Of a stretch of DNA of 30,019 nt, positions 1 through 9,783 are shown piece after piece. Every line of letters begins with the position of its first letter. Positions within the stretch are counted from its first letter, which is position 1. The notes beneath the pieces were generated by a model, which was given only the letters and a program-made list of their open reading frames with translations, did not search any database and was not told the origin of the DNA. The position numbers and the translations under genes were made by a program. Source of the DNA: Candidatus Micrarchaeia archaeon (GTDB lineage Archaea > Micrarchaeota > Micrarchaeia > Micrarchaeales > CABMGC01); the NCBI GenBank assembly GCA_049966395.1, contig JBMFUT010000006.1, positions 1 through 30,019 on the forward strand, read 5' to 3'.

Positions 1-17
1 AAATAAGTGATATCTAA

Positions 18-1157
18 ATGCCTGGAGACAAGGATTACTACAAGATACTTGGGGTATCGAAGAGCGCAAGCCAGGACGAAATAAAGAAGGCATATAGAGA
101 GCTTGCGCTCAAATACCACCCTGACCTGAACAAGGGAAGCAAGGAGGCCGAGGAAAAATTCAAGGAAATAAACGAGGCATATGCCGTTTTAGGAGACCCG
201 GAAAAACGTAAGCAGTACGACGCGTATGGACCTGAGCAGTTCAGCAGAGAGTACACTACTGACGAGATATTCAGGAACTTCGACTTCGGCAACATATTCA
301 AAGATCTTGGAATAAACATGGGCTTCGGGCAGGAGGATTTCGGGGACATAAACGACGTTTTCGACAGCTTTTTCGGGGTCGGGGGGCGCAGAAGAGGCAA
401 TTTTGGGCAGAGCATACTACACAGCATAGACATAACGCTGGCTGAAGCGGCGGAAGGCGTCGACAAAAATCTTACAATCAAGCACATAAAGAAATGCCCT
501 AACTGCAACGGCACCGGGGCAGAGCCAGGTTCTAAGCTCGTGAAGTGCAAGACATGCAACGGCAGCGGAAGCGTGAGAGCCACGAGAAGAACCTTCTTCG
601 GGATAATGCAAACAGTAAGCGTGTGCCCCACATGCAACGGCAGCGGAAAGGTATATGAGAAGCTCTGTCATGTTTGCGGGGGCAAGGGAGGCGTTGTAGC
701 CACTGATGAAATAACCCTTAAGATACCGCCAGGGGTAATGGACGGAATGCGTCTCAGGCTAAAGGGAATGGGAGACTATGGAAAGGATGGCGCAGGAGAT
801 CTTTTCGTAGAAGTCCACATACTCAAGGACAAGACCTTCGAGCGCATAAACGATGACCTCCTCACCGAGGTTGAAATTCCGTTCTACACCGCCATACTCG
901 GGGGAAGCATAAGCGTGCCCACACTGCACGGCGCAAAAACCGTACAGATATCGCCGGGCACGACGCATGGCACAGAGATAGTGATTAAGGGGGAGGGCAT
1001 AAGAAATTTCAGGAGCGGCAACAGGGGGAACGAAATAGTAAGGGTAAAAATAAGTATTCCTAAGAATCTCTCTGGAGAAGAGAGGGAGCTCATTGAGAAA
1101 TTCAAGGATATAGACAGCAAGGGGGGCAAAGACAAAAAGCATTTTGGAATATTTTAG
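18..1157 (+). CDS. dnaJ: Molecular chaperone DnaJ (class A)
   Basis: N-terminal J domain with HPD (KYHPDLN), G/F-rich region, four CxxCxGxG zinc-finger repeats, C-terminal substrate-binding domain. Confidence 0.98.
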   Translation: MPGDKDYYKILGVSKSASQDEIKKAYRELALKYHPDLNKGSKEAEEKFKEINEAYAVLGDPEKRKQYDAYGPEQFSREYTTDEIFRNFDFGNIFKDLGINMGFGQEDFGDINDVFDSFFGVGGRRRGNFGQSILHSIDITLAEAAEGVDKNLTIKHIKKCPNCNGTGAEPGSKLVKCKTCNGSGSVRATRRTFFGIMQTVSVCPTCNGSGKVYEKLCHVCGGKGGVVATDEITLKIPPGVMDGMRLRLKGMGDYGKDGAGDLFVEVHILKDKTFERINDDLLTEVEIPFYTAILGGSISVPTLHGAKTVQISPGTTHGTEIVIKGEGIRNFRSGNRGNEIVRVKISIPKNLSGEERELIEKFKDIDSKGGKDKKHFGIF

Positions 1158-2197
1158 CTTGCTGCCCTTTTAGCGCCGAAAAGTATCAGCACCAGGAATG
1201 CGAGCCACGACGCCAGCATTATGCCGGTAAGCTCTGCGCCATAACCGCCAATGAAGAATGCCACAGCAAGAGCAAGGCTTACAAATGAGATTATTGGTGG
1301 TATTGCAGGGAGAGGTATCTGGTACTTTCTAAGCACTAGCATCGTGAAAACTATTCCTGCCGCAGAACCTGCAACTACAACAAAGCCGAAGAAGAAGCTG
1401 TTCATACCTCCGGCTGCGCTTATTGCCATCATCAGGGGTATCCCCAAATCACCTGCGCCCAACTGTATCTGGCTTACTATCGGCAGCCTGCCGGTGCTTA
1501 GCACCCTCTTGAGCGTAGCGTTTTTTGAATGCTTAACCTCACTTATGTACTTGCTGTAGTTTCTAATCTCGCTTGCGCTCAGGTAGCTTTTTGGCACAGC
1601 TTCGACGTCTGTGCTGCTTATCAGGAAAGCGAGGTTCCTGCTTGAGAGGGCCTTTGCCATGGTTATCATGTGTTTTGTTATGAAGACAGCCACGAAGTCG
1701 TAGATTGCTATTATGAAAAACAGGAAAAATGCTGCGGCGAAGCTGAAGCTTACGCCGAGCACTATGCCTACCCCCATGCTTGCTATGACTGTCACGGTGT
1801 TGCGCAGGGATGGAACTTTATTCTTTGCAAGTATCATCAGCACGGCGCATACCAGAGCGGCAAACATATCTATGTTGGCGTAGCTTGGCAAAGCGTAAGA
1901 AATCACAACAAGGAAGACGAAGAAAGACGCCGTTATTACAACGAATGCCTCTATGATCTTGAAAAGCATTTCCCCGTGGTAAATCCTCAGCACAAGCACA
2001 AGTATGAGCGCTGCAAAGACTATGTAAAGCGCGTACCACAGACTTTGCATTGGCGTGCTCACTATCGCGGCTTGCGGCGTGGCGTTTGCTGGCGCGCCGC
2101 TCGGAAGCATCACTAGGAGCAGACCGCCGAACTGGACTATGAGAAAGAGGGAGAGTATTTGTATTAGTTGCCTGTTTTCTATGCGCCTGAACTCCAT
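1154..2197 (-). CDS. Presenilin/signal peptide peptidase family (A22) intramembrane aspartyl protease
   Basis: Multi-pass hydrophobic protein with YD (AIYDFVAVF), GxGD (LGAGDL) and PAL-like (LPAIP) motifs in the canonical order. Confidence 0.9.
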   Translation of the reverse strand: MEFRRIENRQLIQILSLFLIVQFGGLLLVMLPSGAPANATPQAAIVSTPMQSLWYALYIVFAALILVLVLRIYHGEMLFKIIEAFVVITASFFVFLVVISYALPSYANIDMFAALVCAVLMILAKNKVPSLRNTVTVIASMGVGIVLGVSFSFAAAFFLFFIIAIYDFVAVFITKHMITMAKALSSRNLAFLISSTDVEAVPKSYLSASEIRNYSKYISEVKHSKNATLKRVLSTGRLPIVSQIQLGAGDLGIPLMMAISAAGGMNSFFFGFVVVAGSAAGIVFTMLVLRKYQIPLPAIPPIISFVSLALAVAFFIGGYGAELTGIMLASWLAFLVLILFGAKRAAS

Positions 2198-2198
2198 G

Positions 2199-4271
2199 CT
2201 ACTCCTCTTCGTGCTTGACTATCTTCACTATGCCTGGCTTCGGGCTGTATATGTCCCCGCTCCTTTCCAGCTCGTTGATGTATTTTGTTGTTGTAGCCCT
2301 GTCTATTCCTGATTTTTCTGCTTCTTCGAGTATTCTCACTATCTTTGCCGATTGCTCTTCAGCCTCAAGCTTCTTTATTATGCCTATTATTGCGTTGATC
2401 TTGTCTACTTTCTCTCTTGGCATGCCTGTTATCAGCGTGTCTATGTCCATGCGGCCTCCTCTGTCTATTGCAAGGGTTCTTAACATGTATTCAAACAAGA
2501 AGATCGCGAGCTCGGCATCGCTAAGTAGTATCTTGTTTGACAGCCTTGCCTTCGCGCTGGCCTCGGCGAGCCTCACAAGACCTTCTATCTGCCTAGGAGT
2601 CATTGGCACTGCTCCCTGCTTTATGCCCAGCTTTCTCAGCTCTATGTAGTAGTCCTGTATCCTGCTGCTTGCCTCTTGCGTAAGCACGGGCCTGACATTT
2701 TGCTTTGCGTAGGCGATGTACTTCCTGAGCAGCTCCGAATCTATCGGAGGCACTGCTGCTTCTAATTCCTTGTTGCCTATGAGCGATTCCGGAGACGCGG
2801 CGGCAGCTTCATGTTGCATCAGTATGTGCCTAGCTATTTTCTTGTCGCGCTCCTCGTCGAGTATGTCTCTTATAGGAAATATAAGGTCGAACCTGGAGAG
2901 CAAAGTAGGAGGTATGTCAAACTGCTCTGCAGGGTATGTATTCTCGTCGAACCTGCCGAATTTAGGGTTTGCTGCGGCGAGCACGGACGTCTTGGTATTG
3001 AACCTGGCGACTATGCCTGCCTTTGCTACGCTTATTGTCTGGGATTCGAGAGCCTCAAGCAATGCGGACTTGTCATCGGCGCTTATTTTGTCGAATTCGT
3101 CTATACTCACTTCTCCTCCTGAACCTAGAACGAGCGCGCCGGCCCTGAGCGTCCATCCACCCTCTGATATTTCGTCCCTCTCCGCGCTTGCAGTGAGACC
3201 TGCGGAGCTTGTGGACTTGCCGCTCACATATATGCCCTTTGGCACTATGCTGCTCACAGCCTGCAAAAGCCTTGTCTTTGCCGAACCTGGGTCTCCTATG
3301 AGCAGTATGTGTATGTCGCTCCTTATCAAGCCTCCGTCTATGAGCCTTTTGTCAGGAGTGCCCCCGAAGAGCTGCAGCGCCAATGCCTTCTTTATCTCGT
3401 CGTAACCGTATATAGAAGGGGCTATAGACTGGGCTATCTTGTCAAGTATGCGTGGGTCCTTTGACAGTTCCAGTATTTCCTTTTCTTCTTCAGCGGATAT
3501 TTCGAGCGCAGTAAACTCCTTCTGTTTTGGCACTATCGATACAACGTCGAGGAACATTGTGAAGAGGGACTTTTCCTCCTTGCCCTTGAATGTGCGCCTC
3601 GGTTTTATTCTCAGTACTCCTGTGATGCTGGCCCTGTCTCCAGGGGACATTGAATTTACTATGTCGTCTTCAAGCCACATTTCAAGCTGCCATGTTGGCA
3701 TGCTACCCTTGAGCTTTTCAAGAGGGTCCTGCACAGCTATTTTCTGCAGGTTTATGAATTCCGATTCGTCGTTTATCTGCTTTAGGGAGCGGCGTCTGCA
3801 TTGCGGGCAGACTTCCGGGACGTCTTCCTTGTCTATGTCAACCTTCACGACGGTGCCGCAAAAGCTGCACTTGAAAACCCCTATGTGCACTTTTGGTATT
3901 ATCTCTGATCTCTTGACCACTAGGGAGTCGAGAGTAAGAAGCTTGCCTATGTACTGCGATCCGACATCCTGTATAAGCAGATTTTCAGTGTCGAGGCCGA
4001 AAAACCTGGCGAAAGTGCGTTCCGTTGCCTCCCTGTTAGGATTCATTGAAGCAAGGGCGCTGTTTGCAGCCGGCAGCACTATGTCGGGTTGGTTTATCAG
4101 CTCGTTGGCCATCTCTACGTCGAATTTTTCAAGATCTTTTATGTCTACGTTTATGCTGCGCTTCTTCGGGTAACTGATGTACATGTCGTTAATTTTGTCT
4201 ATGTAATATGAATTGAAGAACTCTATGAACTTGTTCTTCATTTCCTCCGCAGCAAGATCGTCCATAGGCAT
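2199..4271 (-). CDS. mcm: Replicative helicase MCM
   Basis: Zn finger (CSFC..CPQC), Walker A GDPGSAKT, Walker B SIDEFDK, arginine finger SRFD, C-terminal winged helix. Start more likely 4271 or 4265 than 4331. Confidence 0.97.
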   Translation of the reverse strand: MPMDDLAAEEMKNKFIEFFNSYYIDKINDMYISYPKKRSINVDIKDLEKFDVEMANELINQPDIVLPAANSALASMNPNREATERTFARFFGLDTENLLIQDVGSQYIGKLLTLDSLVVKRSEIIPKVHIGVFKCSFCGTVVKVDIDKEDVPEVCPQCRRRSLKQINDESEFINLQKIAVQDPLEKLKGSMPTWQLEMWLEDDIVNSMSPGDRASITGVLRIKPRRTFKGKEEKSLFTMFLDVVSIVPKQKEFTALEISAEEEKEILELSKDPRILDKIAQSIAPSIYGYDEIKKALALQLFGGTPDKRLIDGGLIRSDIHILLIGDPGSAKTRLLQAVSSIVPKGIYVSGKSTSSAGLTASAERDEISEGGWTLRAGALVLGSGGEVSIDEFDKISADDKSALLEALESQTISVAKAGIVARFNTKTSVLAAANPKFGRFDENTYPAEQFDIPPTLLSRFDLIFPIRDILDEERDKKIARHILMQHEAAAASPESLIGNKELEAAVPPIDSELLRKYIAYAKQNVRPVLTQEASSRIQDYYIELRKLGIKQGAVPMTPRQIEGLVRLAEASAKARLSNKILLSDAELAIFLFEYMLRTLAIDRGGRMDIDTLITGMPREKVDKINAIIGIIKKLEAEEQSAKIVRILEEAEKSGIDRATTTKYINELERSGDIYSPKPGIVKIVKHEEE

Positions 4272-4479
4272 CCCAATCGGCTTTGAGGCGTTTCTAGATG
4301 CTAGAAATAAGCTTCTCCTTGGCCTGTGCATATATTGCCTGTAGAATTATATAAATCTTTCATGCCCGCGCTTTGACACTGATGGCTGCAGCGCAGCCAA
4401 TATTTATATGTTTATTTGCAAATTTAAATTGTATGCCGCTGCACGGCGATTGTGATCAAAAGTTTTTGCACTTGGTGTT

Positions 4480-5187
4480 TTGATAAAAATAGAACCGCAA
4501 TTCATAAGGGTTGGCAAGGAATTGATAGGAAAGGCGGCAGTGATAGCAGGGGATACTGAAAGAGTGAGATACCTCTCGCGCTTTTTGTCAAAGCCAAAAT
4601 TGGTAAGCAAATCCAGGTTCCTAGTGTACACCGGCTACTACAAAGGTAAGAAATTGAGCATTGCTTCGCACGGAATAGGAATGCCTTCAGCTTCCCTTGC
4701 AATTGAGGAGCTGCACGCTTTGGGAGCCCAGACTATTATCAGGCTTGGCACTGCTGGCGGCATTTCCAAGGAGCTTGCATACAGAGATGTGGTAATTCCT
4801 ACTTCGGCGGGCTACACGCCAGGAGGCACAATAGCGGAATACTTCGGCAGCATCAGTAAAAAATTTGCGCCTAATGGAAAAATTGTGCAAAAGCTTGGCA
4901 AAAGGCTTGAGGCTGAAGGTATAACGCCTTATTACGGGAGCGTCTTTTCAAGCAGCGCCTTCTATTCTGAAGGGCACATAGGCAAGGGTTATATTGCGGT
5001 GGAGATGGAATGCGCCGCGCTTTTCGCACTCGGAAAGCTCAGGAAATTCAGGGCTGGGGCAGTGCTAGTAATATCTGACAGCATATCTAACAAGAACATG
5101 AGCAGGGTGCTCTCTAGCTCGGAAGTGAACAGGCGCATGGGCAAAGTGGCGAAGAGCGTTTTAGACACAGCATCGGAATACGCATAG
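4480..5187 (+). CDS. Purine/uridine nucleoside phosphorylase (PNP_UDP_1, DeoD-like)
   Basis: GDTERV, HGIGMPS, IRLGTAG and VEME motifs; TTG start. Confidence 0.9.
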   Translation: MIKIEPQFIRVGKELIGKAAVIAGDTERVRYLSRFLSKPKLVSKSRFLVYTGYYKGKKLSIASHGIGMPSASLAIEELHALGAQTIIRLGTAGGISKELAYRDVVIPTSAGYTPGGTIAEYFGSISKKFAPNGKIVQKLGKRLEAEGITPYYGSVFSSSAFYSEGHIGKGYIAVEMECAALFALGKLRKFRAGAVLVISDSISNKNMSRVLSSSEVNRRMGKVAKSVLDTASEYA

Positions 5188-5190
5188 GCG

Positions 5191-5496
5191 CTAGCGGCGC
5201 AGTTTCAATATGACATAGACGTTGCCATCTCCTATTTCTACCACTCCCCCGGTATTGTTGAAAGTCATGCCTTCCAGTCTTGAAATGTAGTCAACTTCTC
5301 CCACAGTGAGATTTTGGGAATATGCCACATTTGCAAGTGATTCAAGCCTTACTGCGGCTGCGCTCCTTTCAGCATATGAGCTTATTGCCATGGATTGCTG
5401 CAGGGCAGAGCCTAGCCATGCAGTGTAAGACAAAGCAACTGCGATTGTCGCTACGATCACTAGCCCGTAGAAAGACATGTTGGCACTATGTTCCAA
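5191..5496 (-). CDS. Small pilin-like/membrane-anchored protein, last gene of the pilus operon
   Basis: N-terminal hydrophobic helix and overlap with the upstream pilin gene; class III cleavage motif is atypical. Confidence 0.6.
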   Translation of the reverse strand: MEHSANMSFYGLVIVATIAVALSYTAWLGSALQQSMAISSYAERSAAAVRLESLANVAYSQNLTVGEVDYISRLEGMTFNNTGGVVEIGDGNVYVILKLRR

Positions 5497-5866
5497 CTTC
5501 TATGCATGCTTCCAAACCTTTAATTGGGATGCATCCTATTTCGTAAGGTTCTGCGGCATTTCCTATAGTCGCACTCCCTACTACGAAAGCCGTGCCGGGG
5601 TTTCCGTATACTGAATTGTAGTAGCTGATGTAGCCCTGCATGCAGGTGCTGTTGCCGCGCATTGCTGAAACTATACATGAGTAAAGACTTGAGTTTGAAT
5701 AGGCGTCGCTTGTTATGTCGTAAATCTCGGCAGAAGCGAGCATTTGCCTATATGCTAAGTTGCTGTTTGCATTGTAGCTGTTCAGCATAGCTGATGCAGA
5801 TGCCATTGTTGCAACTCCAAGGGCAAGCGAAAGAATGGCTTCCACTGTTGCGAATTGGGATTTCAT
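5486..5866 (-). CDS. Class III signal peptide minor pilin
   Basis: MKS-QFATVEAILSL followed by a hydrophobic stretch; cysteines in the C-terminal part. Confidence 0.8.
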   Translation of the reverse strand: MKSQFATVEAILSLALGVATMASASAMLNSYNANSNLAYRQMLASAEIYDITSDAYSNSSLYSCIVSAMRGNSTCMQGYISYYNSVYGNPGTAFVVGSATIGNAAEPYEIGCIPIKGLEACIEVGT

Positions 5867-7143
5867 TATGATGCACCGATGCTTATTTCAGAGCCTTCAT
5901 AGTCAACAGTAGTGTTCTCAACAGGCATGGAAATTCTGGCGTCTATTCCGTAGTCAAAAGGATGGGATGGCGCGCACGTTAGCGAGGAATTTTCTAAGCT
6001 GCAACCTTCCAGGGAATGCCGCGTGCTTATCAGATTGCTTACGCTCTTTGTATATGCAGCTATGCTTGCCTGTATCAGCGATTGCACTGAACCGGATATC
6101 GCTGTAGAATTGTAGTAAGAAAGCAGAGAAGACATGCTTTCCATTGCCTGGGCGTATTCTGAGTAGGCTGTTGAGTTCGCAACGCTTAGCGCGGTGCCGT
6201 TCTGGATAATTTGCATTCCTCCTGAAGCCGAGCTTCCGCTGACCCATTCGACGCTTGCGTTTCCCACGCTTTCGCTGCCGATTGTTACATTGGAATTTAC
6301 CTCGCCGCTTTTCAGCTGCGAGTTAAGCGAATATCCGGGCATCGATATAGACAAGCCTATGCTGTAAATGTAGCTTGATGGATATTGCGCCGTGGAAATC
6401 ACGTTGTAGCCAGTGCTTACAGGTACAATGCACGTCGTGGAATCCGGGCCCTCGTTCATTGTATAGCAATAGTTTGAAAACATCATGTAGCTCCATGCAT
6501 CGCTCGTTCCGCACTGCACGCTTACTGGAAGGGGGTTGTACCAGAAATTGTATATTGTGCAGTGGCTCCACGTTTTTATGCCATACACGTCGCCGGCTGC
6601 CGAAGTCGCGTAGGCGATTTTTTCGCTTCTGTTGTATATTGCAGCATATGGCGTGATCCCTTGCCACGAGGAAGGGTATGATGAGAATGTTGACTCTTCC
6701 ACGCTACCGTTATGATACCCTCCGCAGATTGCATTATATGTGACTACTATTGTGTCCACCCCGCTTTTGATTGGCTCAAAGCCTATGTTGGCTATACCTA
6801 TGTTGGATATCTGAAGCTTTTCTGAGACGCCCTGTATGAGAACTGAATTTGAATAGGAGTTCACTTCCGCGGTGCCGTTGCCGCAGCCGTAGAATGCTAA
6901 TTGCATGTTGTTTTCTTCTCCCACTGTGCTGTTTGAAGGCATATAAGCAATGTAGCCAAAATCTGATTCCGCGCTGACGTTGGCTTGCATTTTTGTGGTG
7001 CTTTCGTTTTGCAGTATCGCACCGACCAGAGCGCGCTGCTTAGTTATGCTGTTTCCGTATACGGCCACAGCGCTTGCAATCAGCAGCCCCACGACGCTTA
7101 GAGCAAGAAGAAATTCAAGAGATGTTTGAATTCTCATTTTCAT
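5866..7143 (-). CDS. Large class III signal peptide pilin-like protein (candidate adhesin)
   Basis: MKMRI-QTSLEFLLAL (QxSxE motif) and a Ser/Asn/Tyr-rich, Cys-containing ectodomain with many N-x-S/T sequons. Confidence 0.82.
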   Translation of the reverse strand: MKMRIQTSLEFLLALSVVGLLIASAVAVYGNSITKQRALVGAILQNESTTKMQANVSAESDFGYIAYMPSNSTVGEENNMQLAFYGCGNGTAEVNSYSNSVLIQGVSEKLQISNIGIANIGFEPIKSGVDTIVVTYNAICGGYHNGSVEESTFSSYPSSWQGITPYAAIYNRSEKIAYATSAAGDVYGIKTWSHCTIYNFWYNPLPVSVQCGTSDAWSYMMFSNYCYTMNEGPDSTTCIVPVSTGYNVISTAQYPSSYIYSIGLSISMPGYSLNSQLKSGEVNSNVTIGSESVGNASVEWVSGSSASGGMQIIQNGTALSVANSTAYSEYAQAMESMSSLLSYYNSTAISGSVQSLIQASIAAYTKSVSNLISTRHSLEGCSLENSSLTCAPSHPFDYGIDARISMPVENTTVDYEGSEISIGAS

Positions 7144-7519
7144 ATTTCACCACCAGTATGCGCACGCTTCCTCTTACAGAAATCGCCCTGCATATGTATT
7201 CCGTACCGCATCCGCCCGGGGCAGCGTCCTTAGGACTGAGCAGCTTTATCCTGACGCCGCTATAAGAACTCAGTGAATATGAGACGCTTGAAATTTCTGA
7301 AGAATTTAAGGCGCCTGCAATTGAAGAGATCTCCTGCGACTCCGCATAAAGATATAGCAGCTTTGATGCGTGGCTTGCTGATCCTCCGATATACCTCTGG
7401 CTTGCAAATATGCCGCTTGCCATGGCAAGCGACAGCGCTAGCACTGTAGAAAGACCTAACAGCGCGTCTGCCGATATCAAGAATGCCCTCTTGCCATTTT
7501 GCTTGGATTTGTTTGTCAA
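7115..7519 (-). CDS. Class III signal peptide minor pilin
   Basis: GKRA-FLISADALLGL basic leader plus hydrophobic helix; probable TTG start at 7519 overlapping the upstream stop (TTGA). Confidence 0.72.
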   Translation of the reverse strand: MTNKSKQNGKRAFLISADALLGLSTVLALSLAMASGIFASQRYIGGSASHASKLLYLYAESQEISSIAGALNSSEISSVSYSLSSYSGVRIKLLSPKDAAPGGCGTEYICRAISVRGSVRILVVKYENENSNIS

Positions 7520-7722
7520 TTGCGCACCCATATAGCACAGCGCGTGCATAGCGCAGATATGCTTGAAAAGCTTCTGCCTGCCGAAATTACTGAGTTGTTG
7601 ATTGAGACTGACACTGACAAGGCTCTCGAGCTTGCAAACGACGCCTGGGATAGCATCAAGGCGAGAAGCATAAGGGAAATCGCCATGGTGAAAAGTATCT
7701 CAAGCGAAACTTGCAAGCGCAT
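7516..7722 (-). CDS. Small class III signal peptide pilin
   Basis: MRL-QVSLEILF QxSxE motif; tightly packed in the operon. Confidence 0.75.
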   Translation of the reverse strand: MRLQVSLEILFTMAISLMLLALMLSQASFASSRALSVSVSINNSVISAGRSFSSISALCTRCAIWVRN

Positions 7723-7723
7723 G

Positions 7724-8101
7724 CTATCGGCCTTCTTCCAGTCTTATTGCAGAGCCGCTTTCGACAAGGCTTAAGCGCTCTGTCATGCCCCCTGGGCAGA
7801 TTATTTCGCGTCCTATCGAAATATTCTCGACAAGGTAAAAGGCGCCGTAGGGTGTATACAGTGTGCTGCCGTCTTGCGAAGAATTGCATATCCCGCTTGG
7901 CACGAATGCGCTGAATTGCTCGTCTATTGCCCCGGAAAGCGCAGCTCCATTTATTGACTGAACAAACTCATAAGTTTCGTACTTTGCCACTCCCGAAAGT
8001 ATCGAGCTTGAGTATTTTGCATAGATTCCTACCGAAGCAGCCATCGAAATTGCCGCCAGCGCCGCGTATGCCATGAGCTCCAGCGAAAGTTGCGCCCGCA
8101 T
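7724..8101 (-). CDS. Class III signal peptide pilin
   Basis: MRA-QLSLELMAY QxSxE motif; start placed at ATG 8101. Confidence 0.8.
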   Translation of the reverse strand: MRAQLSLELMAYAALAAISMAASVGIYAKYSSSILSGVAKYETYEFVQSINGAALSGAIDEQFSAFVPSGICNSSQDGSTLYTPYGAFYLVENISIGREIICPGGMTERLSLVESGSAIRLEEGR

Positions 8102-8114
8102 CGCCGCACCTGCC

Positions 8115-8333
8115 TTATGCCGCAGAGCTGGAAAGAGCAGAGAGTTCATGCGCTATCGCCTGCGCAACGCTCACGTTGGTGCCGTTGATTGCTATGCTGC
8201 TTACTACAGCACCCTTAAGGTTTACTACCATTGCCAGCGCTATGGCTATGACTATGCTCGCCGCGGCGAGCATCATTATGTACTCCAGAGATCCCTGCGC
8301 TTTCATTTTTCTGTTTTTACCCATTTGATTCAC
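8115..8333 (-). CDS. Small class III signal peptide pilin (candidate major pilin)
   Basis: KMKA-QGSLEYIMMLAA canonical QxSxE motif, 72 aa, first pilin after the platform genes. Confidence 0.87.
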   Translation of the reverse strand: MNQMGKNRKMKAQGSLEYIMMLAAASIVIAIALAMVVNLKGAVVSSIAINGTNVSVAQAIAHELSALSSSAA

Positions 8334-9104
8334 CTATATCATTTTTGCGAGAAAGTTAGATGTCAGGAAGAACAAAATAGCAGCCGTTACTATCGTGGGC
8401 ATTGCCTTGTATAGCACGTCATATGCGCTACGAACGCCTTTCGAAAGGGACGAATGGATCAGCGACACTATGAGAATATAGGCAATGGATACGGCGCCCA
8501 GTCTTGCCGCTGCTGCAGGATCTGCGTGCGCCATGCTTGCTGAGCCTATTATGGCTGCGGATATCCCGCTGAACATTGGAAAGAAAAACATTGTGCCCAT
8601 TCTAGAAACAGCTTCCATGCCTTCCACCTTTGATATTATGGAGTTCCTTCTCCATTCTGCATCTTCTATAGTCTTTTCGAGAAACGCCAGACGCGGAACT
8701 ATGTTTTTGCCCTGACTGAGCCCTTCCGAAAGTATTGAGAGGAGACCTCCAAGCTCTGGAGTTATTCCAGTAGCCCATTTGTGCGAGAGATTTTGATCGT
8801 AAAAACTCCCTCCCATAGAATAGCTTGCCATAAGGCGGCAGACGAGACCTGAAAACGTATAATCAGAATTTGCCGCGCGCGCTATTGCGTTCCTTAGGGA
8901 TCCTGAACGTGCGTAGTTCTCCCTGACGCTGCGCGAAAAGTTCACAATTTCTGAAGCTTTGCAACTTTTTTGCTTGCGCGTGCCTAGCGCGTATGCGGCA
9001 GCTGCAATCGCAATTGAAGGCAGCGCCAAAATGAGCATTCTTGCCAGTATCGACAAAGAAAGCAAAGAAGCAACTATGGCAGCTATTTTTCTGTAGTCAG
9101 CCAA
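8334..9104 (-). CDS. Pilus platform membrane protein (TadB/TadC, T2SSF-like)
   Basis: TM - helical cytoplasmic domain - TM layout; position between ATPase and pilins (context inference). Confidence 0.72.
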   Translation of the reverse strand: MADYRKIAAIVASLLSLSILARMLILALPSIAIAAAAYALGTRKQKSCKASEIVNFSRSVRENYARSGSLRNAIARAANSDYTFSGLVCRLMASYSMGGSFYDQNLSHKWATGITPELGGLLSILSEGLSQGKNIVPRLAFLEKTIEDAEWRRNSIISKVEGMEAVSRMGTMFFFPMFSGISAAIIGSASMAHADPAAAARLGAVSIAYILIVSLIHSSLSKGVRSAYDVLYKAMPTIVTAAILFFLTSNFLAKMI

Positions 9105-9783
9105 TTAACCGCCTCGCGAAAGCAAAAGAGCCGAATGAGTATGCCAATGGAAGAGCGACAAGGAGAACCATCGATATTGCAAGCATGCTTGCGCTGCTTC
9201 CCGCCACTATAGTGCTTCCGACGAAAATAAAGACTATGAATGACGGTGCTATCGCTGAAAGAAACATGTTCAATGTTGCGTATCTCTGCAATGCAGAGCC
9301 TCTCTTTGCCTCCTCGGCCTTGGCAGAATAGTTGTAGTCTTCTATTAGATTGCCAATTGATGCATAAATGTCGGAGTTCCATGGCAACTTGGTGCCTTTG
9401 CACCCGCACTTTGCCATTGCATACTCGAAAGCCGAAGGAGCGTCGTCTCCAAGCATTATGCGCCCGTATGCGCACCTTAGCATTGCTTTAGCCTTTCGAT
9501 CTTTTTGAAGATCAATCGCTTTCCTGACGCTTTGAAGCAGCGGCATGCTGCCTTTGCTTGATAATATGTAATTGAATGAATTGATAGTTTCCTGAAACTC
9601 CGCGCTGCGCTCCTCCTCGCTCTTCAGGTAATAATATGCTGCTACAGAAAAGTAGGGCATTGGAAGGCAAAGTACTGAAAGCAAAGGTATCCAGAAGATC
9701 CCGGCGAGCCCGTTTATTTTGATTATGAAAATCTCCAAGATCGCCGATGAAATTACAACTAATGCGACGCCATGAGCATTCAT
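9097..9783 (-). CDS. Pilus platform membrane protein (TadB/TadC, T2SSF-like)
   Basis: Same topology; start overlaps the ATPase stop. Confidence 0.72.
   Translation of the reverse strand: MNAHGVALVVISSAILEIFIIKINGLAGIFWIPLLSVLCLPMPYFSVAAYYYLKSEEERSAEFQETINSFNYILSSKGSMPLLQSVRKAIDLQKDRKAKAMLRCAYGRIMLGDDAPSAFEYAMAKCGCKGTKLPWNSDIYASIGNLIEDYNYSAKAEEAKRGSALQRYATLNMFLSAIAPSFIVFIFVGSTIVAGSSASMLAISMVLLVALPLAYSFGSFAFARRLIG

Noticed and set aside
2215..4173. Long plus-strand ORFs opposite mcm (144, 229 and 244 aa)
   Set aside because: Antisense shadows of a well-supported gene; Ser-rich translations without motifs.
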